Shown in pieces: positions 61,895 through 64,000 of a DNA stretch of 64,000 nt. The notes beneath the pieces were generated by a model. That model did no database searches. It was not told the DNA's origin and saw nothing but the letters and a program-made list of their open reading frames with translations. Source of the DNA: Haliotis cracherodii (taxonomy: Eukaryota); the NCBI RefSeq assembly GCF_022045235.1, contig NW_027266279.1, forward strand, positions 12,152,001-12,216,000, in the 5' to 3' direction. Each line of letters begins with the position of its first letter. Positions within the stretch are counted from its first letter, which is position 1. The position numbers were made by a program, and so were the translations under genes.

Positions 61895-62318
61895 CATTCG
61901 TGACCAAGTCGTGTTATTCCGGGACAAGCCGAATAGCGACTCGTGCCCCTCTCGTGGCCATTTTTGCGACCGGGTTTTGTCATAGCGCAAAGGGGCATAC
62001 CTAAAACAATTGTCAACTCGTTGCGTAATGGTTCACATATATATCCCCATATATTATATATATTTCAGATGCAATTTTAAGCACATCGGGACATGCGAAA
62101 TTATACAGTATGATTGAACACATTTAACTGTGTCTTGGGTATATTTTTAGATGCAAGCCATATATAAAATAAAAAAATATTTCTGAGGGATTCTTTGACG
62201 AAAAACTTGAAATCATACGCGTATTCTGATTGGTTTGTCGTATTTTCGCACGTAACATTCATCGATTGGGGGACGAGTCTTCTTGTAGGTTACGGAAAGG
62301 GGCGAGTGGTGACGAATG
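61895..62318 (+). mobile_element. Non-autonomous DNA transposon with 9-bp TSD (Mutator-like)
   Basis: Same ends as 32750-33173; TSD CGCGAATAG / CGCGTATAG (one mismatch). Confidence 0.87.
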
Positions 62319-62764
62319 CGCGTATAGGTGAGCTTAACCTGCCCTACAAGAGGCATCCGTCACAAACACATATATAGCCATGTCATATGTTCACCTGAAC
62401 ATCTTTCTTGTCACTGATCCGTCAAATTTGGAAAAAATCCTCCACATGACTACCATACAAAAAATGCTTTACTATGGCCTTGAATGTTGTCACCCTGATC
62501 AATCAATTTGTTAGCAAGAATCGTATGACGCTCTTTGAAATCACTGTGGAAAAAGCATGCTCGATTGTTCCTCAAAATTTGTAAAATGCTGAAACAAAAA
62601 GCTGCAGCTGTTTGAATAATGATTGATATAAGGTTATATATACAACTGATTATTTGAGAGCTGAAGTCATCCTTCTGGGTATACAGTCTTGCCGGTAGTT
62701 TCAGGTTTCACTGGTCTCTGTTACCCAGCCAACCAGAGTGTCCAGTGCACACGGTGTTCTTCTG

Positions 62765-63557
62765 CTAGGCATGCGTAATGATACGTAGTGGGTGTGATAC
62801 ATTACGCAGGATGTCAACATTCTCCACTGGAAGGTACCCAAGTTTCTTGTAGACGTCGCGGCAATTCCTGTCAATAATCTTAACGTGCCGCATACTTATG
62901 TGTCCCCGCCATTTTTCTGACGCCTTTCTTGAGCTTTTCCGAACTGTACAAATTAGACATCTTCCATCTTTTGACGCTGAGGTTAATTTTCTCACACTTC
63001 TCTCCGTGTGTTTAGTGTAATTCAGACCCACAAACTTATATAATTCTTTTACCTCTGTTGAAGGATTCTGGCACAGATCTTCATAAAACAATATTTTGAT
63101 ACTCTTTGGAGACGTCATAAACCATTGTCTTGTCTCTCGAAGGTCTTCTGATAGTTTGTTACAATGCTTTAACGATTCCTCATCAATCTTTTCCCATGGG
63201 AAGCGGCCGTGTACAATTTGCGAAAGTAATGTTGCTCTTGGGTCTCGAATGAGATGTAGCACCTTTAGGGATTTGTCTTTGGTAGCAAGGTACTTGGCAG
63301 AAGTTATGGGAAATTCAATAGTTTTTATGACTCCGACCTTAGCGGCCATACACTGCTTGTTGATAATTGGAATGCACTTGAACAGATTAAGGGCTCCAGG
63401 GTATCTTAGCAAGCAATTGTGGTAGGATTTAGTGCTGGCACTTGATTGCATGTGATATTGGGTCAGAGTAGCAATATCGAGTTCCAGAAAATTACAACGG
63501 AAAACGTTCCGAATGGTTTTCTCTGCAATCCTGGCGTATTTAGATCCCGTCATGATA
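62765..63557 (-). CDS. Terminal coding exon of a second carbohydrate sulfotransferase paralogue (upstream exons outside the window)
   Basis: VIKTIEF, LKVLHLIRDPR, LFYEDL, IDRNCRDVYKKLGY align with the 30249-29454 exon; acceptor TATTTCAG at 63558 in the same phase. Confidence 0.88.
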
Positions 63558-63571
63558 CTGAAATAGAAGAA

Positions 63572-63743
63572 TGGGTGAGTGAGTGAGTTAATTTTACGCC
63601 ACTTTGGTTTGTTATATTCTTGCAATATCATGACCTGGGACATCGGAAATGGAGTTCACACACTGCACCCATGTGGGGTATCGAACACGGGCCTTCTGTG
63701 TGATGAGCAAATGCTTTAACCACACGACTATCCCACCGCCCCG
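63572..63743 (-). mobile_element. SINE family A, diverged inverted copy
   Basis: Similar to 21039-21208. Confidence 0.75.
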
Positions 63744-64000
63744 AAACAGAAGAATGAAGAACACTTGTCAGGAATATACATGTAATGTTAACTCACCATT
63801 TATCTTTCGGGTTTTTCTTTCACAAAACGAGCAAAGGTATTTGACAATTCAAAAAAGACCCAAAGGCACCTCCTTCAACACAATTCACAGGGTTGTTCAG
63901 AGTTGTGTCCCTTGGGCTTGACATAAACCTATGATCGTGGTTTGAAATTCAAGAATCGCCATTTTGTTTGTCAGTGCCTGGTTCGTGGGTTTCACAACAC

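Overview
AT-rich, intron-containing animal genomic DNA with two assembly gaps. It is probably from a mollusc-like invertebrate, an inference from repeat and gene style. Host content: a 3-exon secreted coiled-coil + Ig-domain gene (17149-24418, +), a complete 4-exon Golgi carbohydrate sulfotransferase (37730-29454, -), the last exon of a paralogue (63557-62765, -), and many SINEs, MITEs and minisatellites. The main feature is an 11.9-kb Polinton/Maverick-type element at 44756-56647, with AGTAGT...ACTACT ends, ~550-570 bp TIRs and a perfect 6-bp TSD (AATCTA). It has an intact 1420-aa protein-primed DNA polymerase B but no recognisable integrase, packaging ATPase, protease or capsid gene. Instead it carries small accessory genes: two single-BIR IAP-like proteins, a spliced protein with adenovirus E1A-like LxCxD-acidic-C4 zinc finger layout, a four-CCHC zinc-knuckle protein and a small Cys-rich protein. 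Several of these sit in a reusable expression cassette: a ~250-300 bp multi-CCAAT/TATA promoter present in four copies, and three canonical replication-dependent histone mRNA 3' stem-loops (GGCCCTTTTCAGGGCC-ACCCA plus a downstream AAAGA element), two of which form the inner boundary of the TIRs. This suggests a virus-like element that mimics histone-gene (S-phase, SLBP/U7) expression for non-histone cargo.
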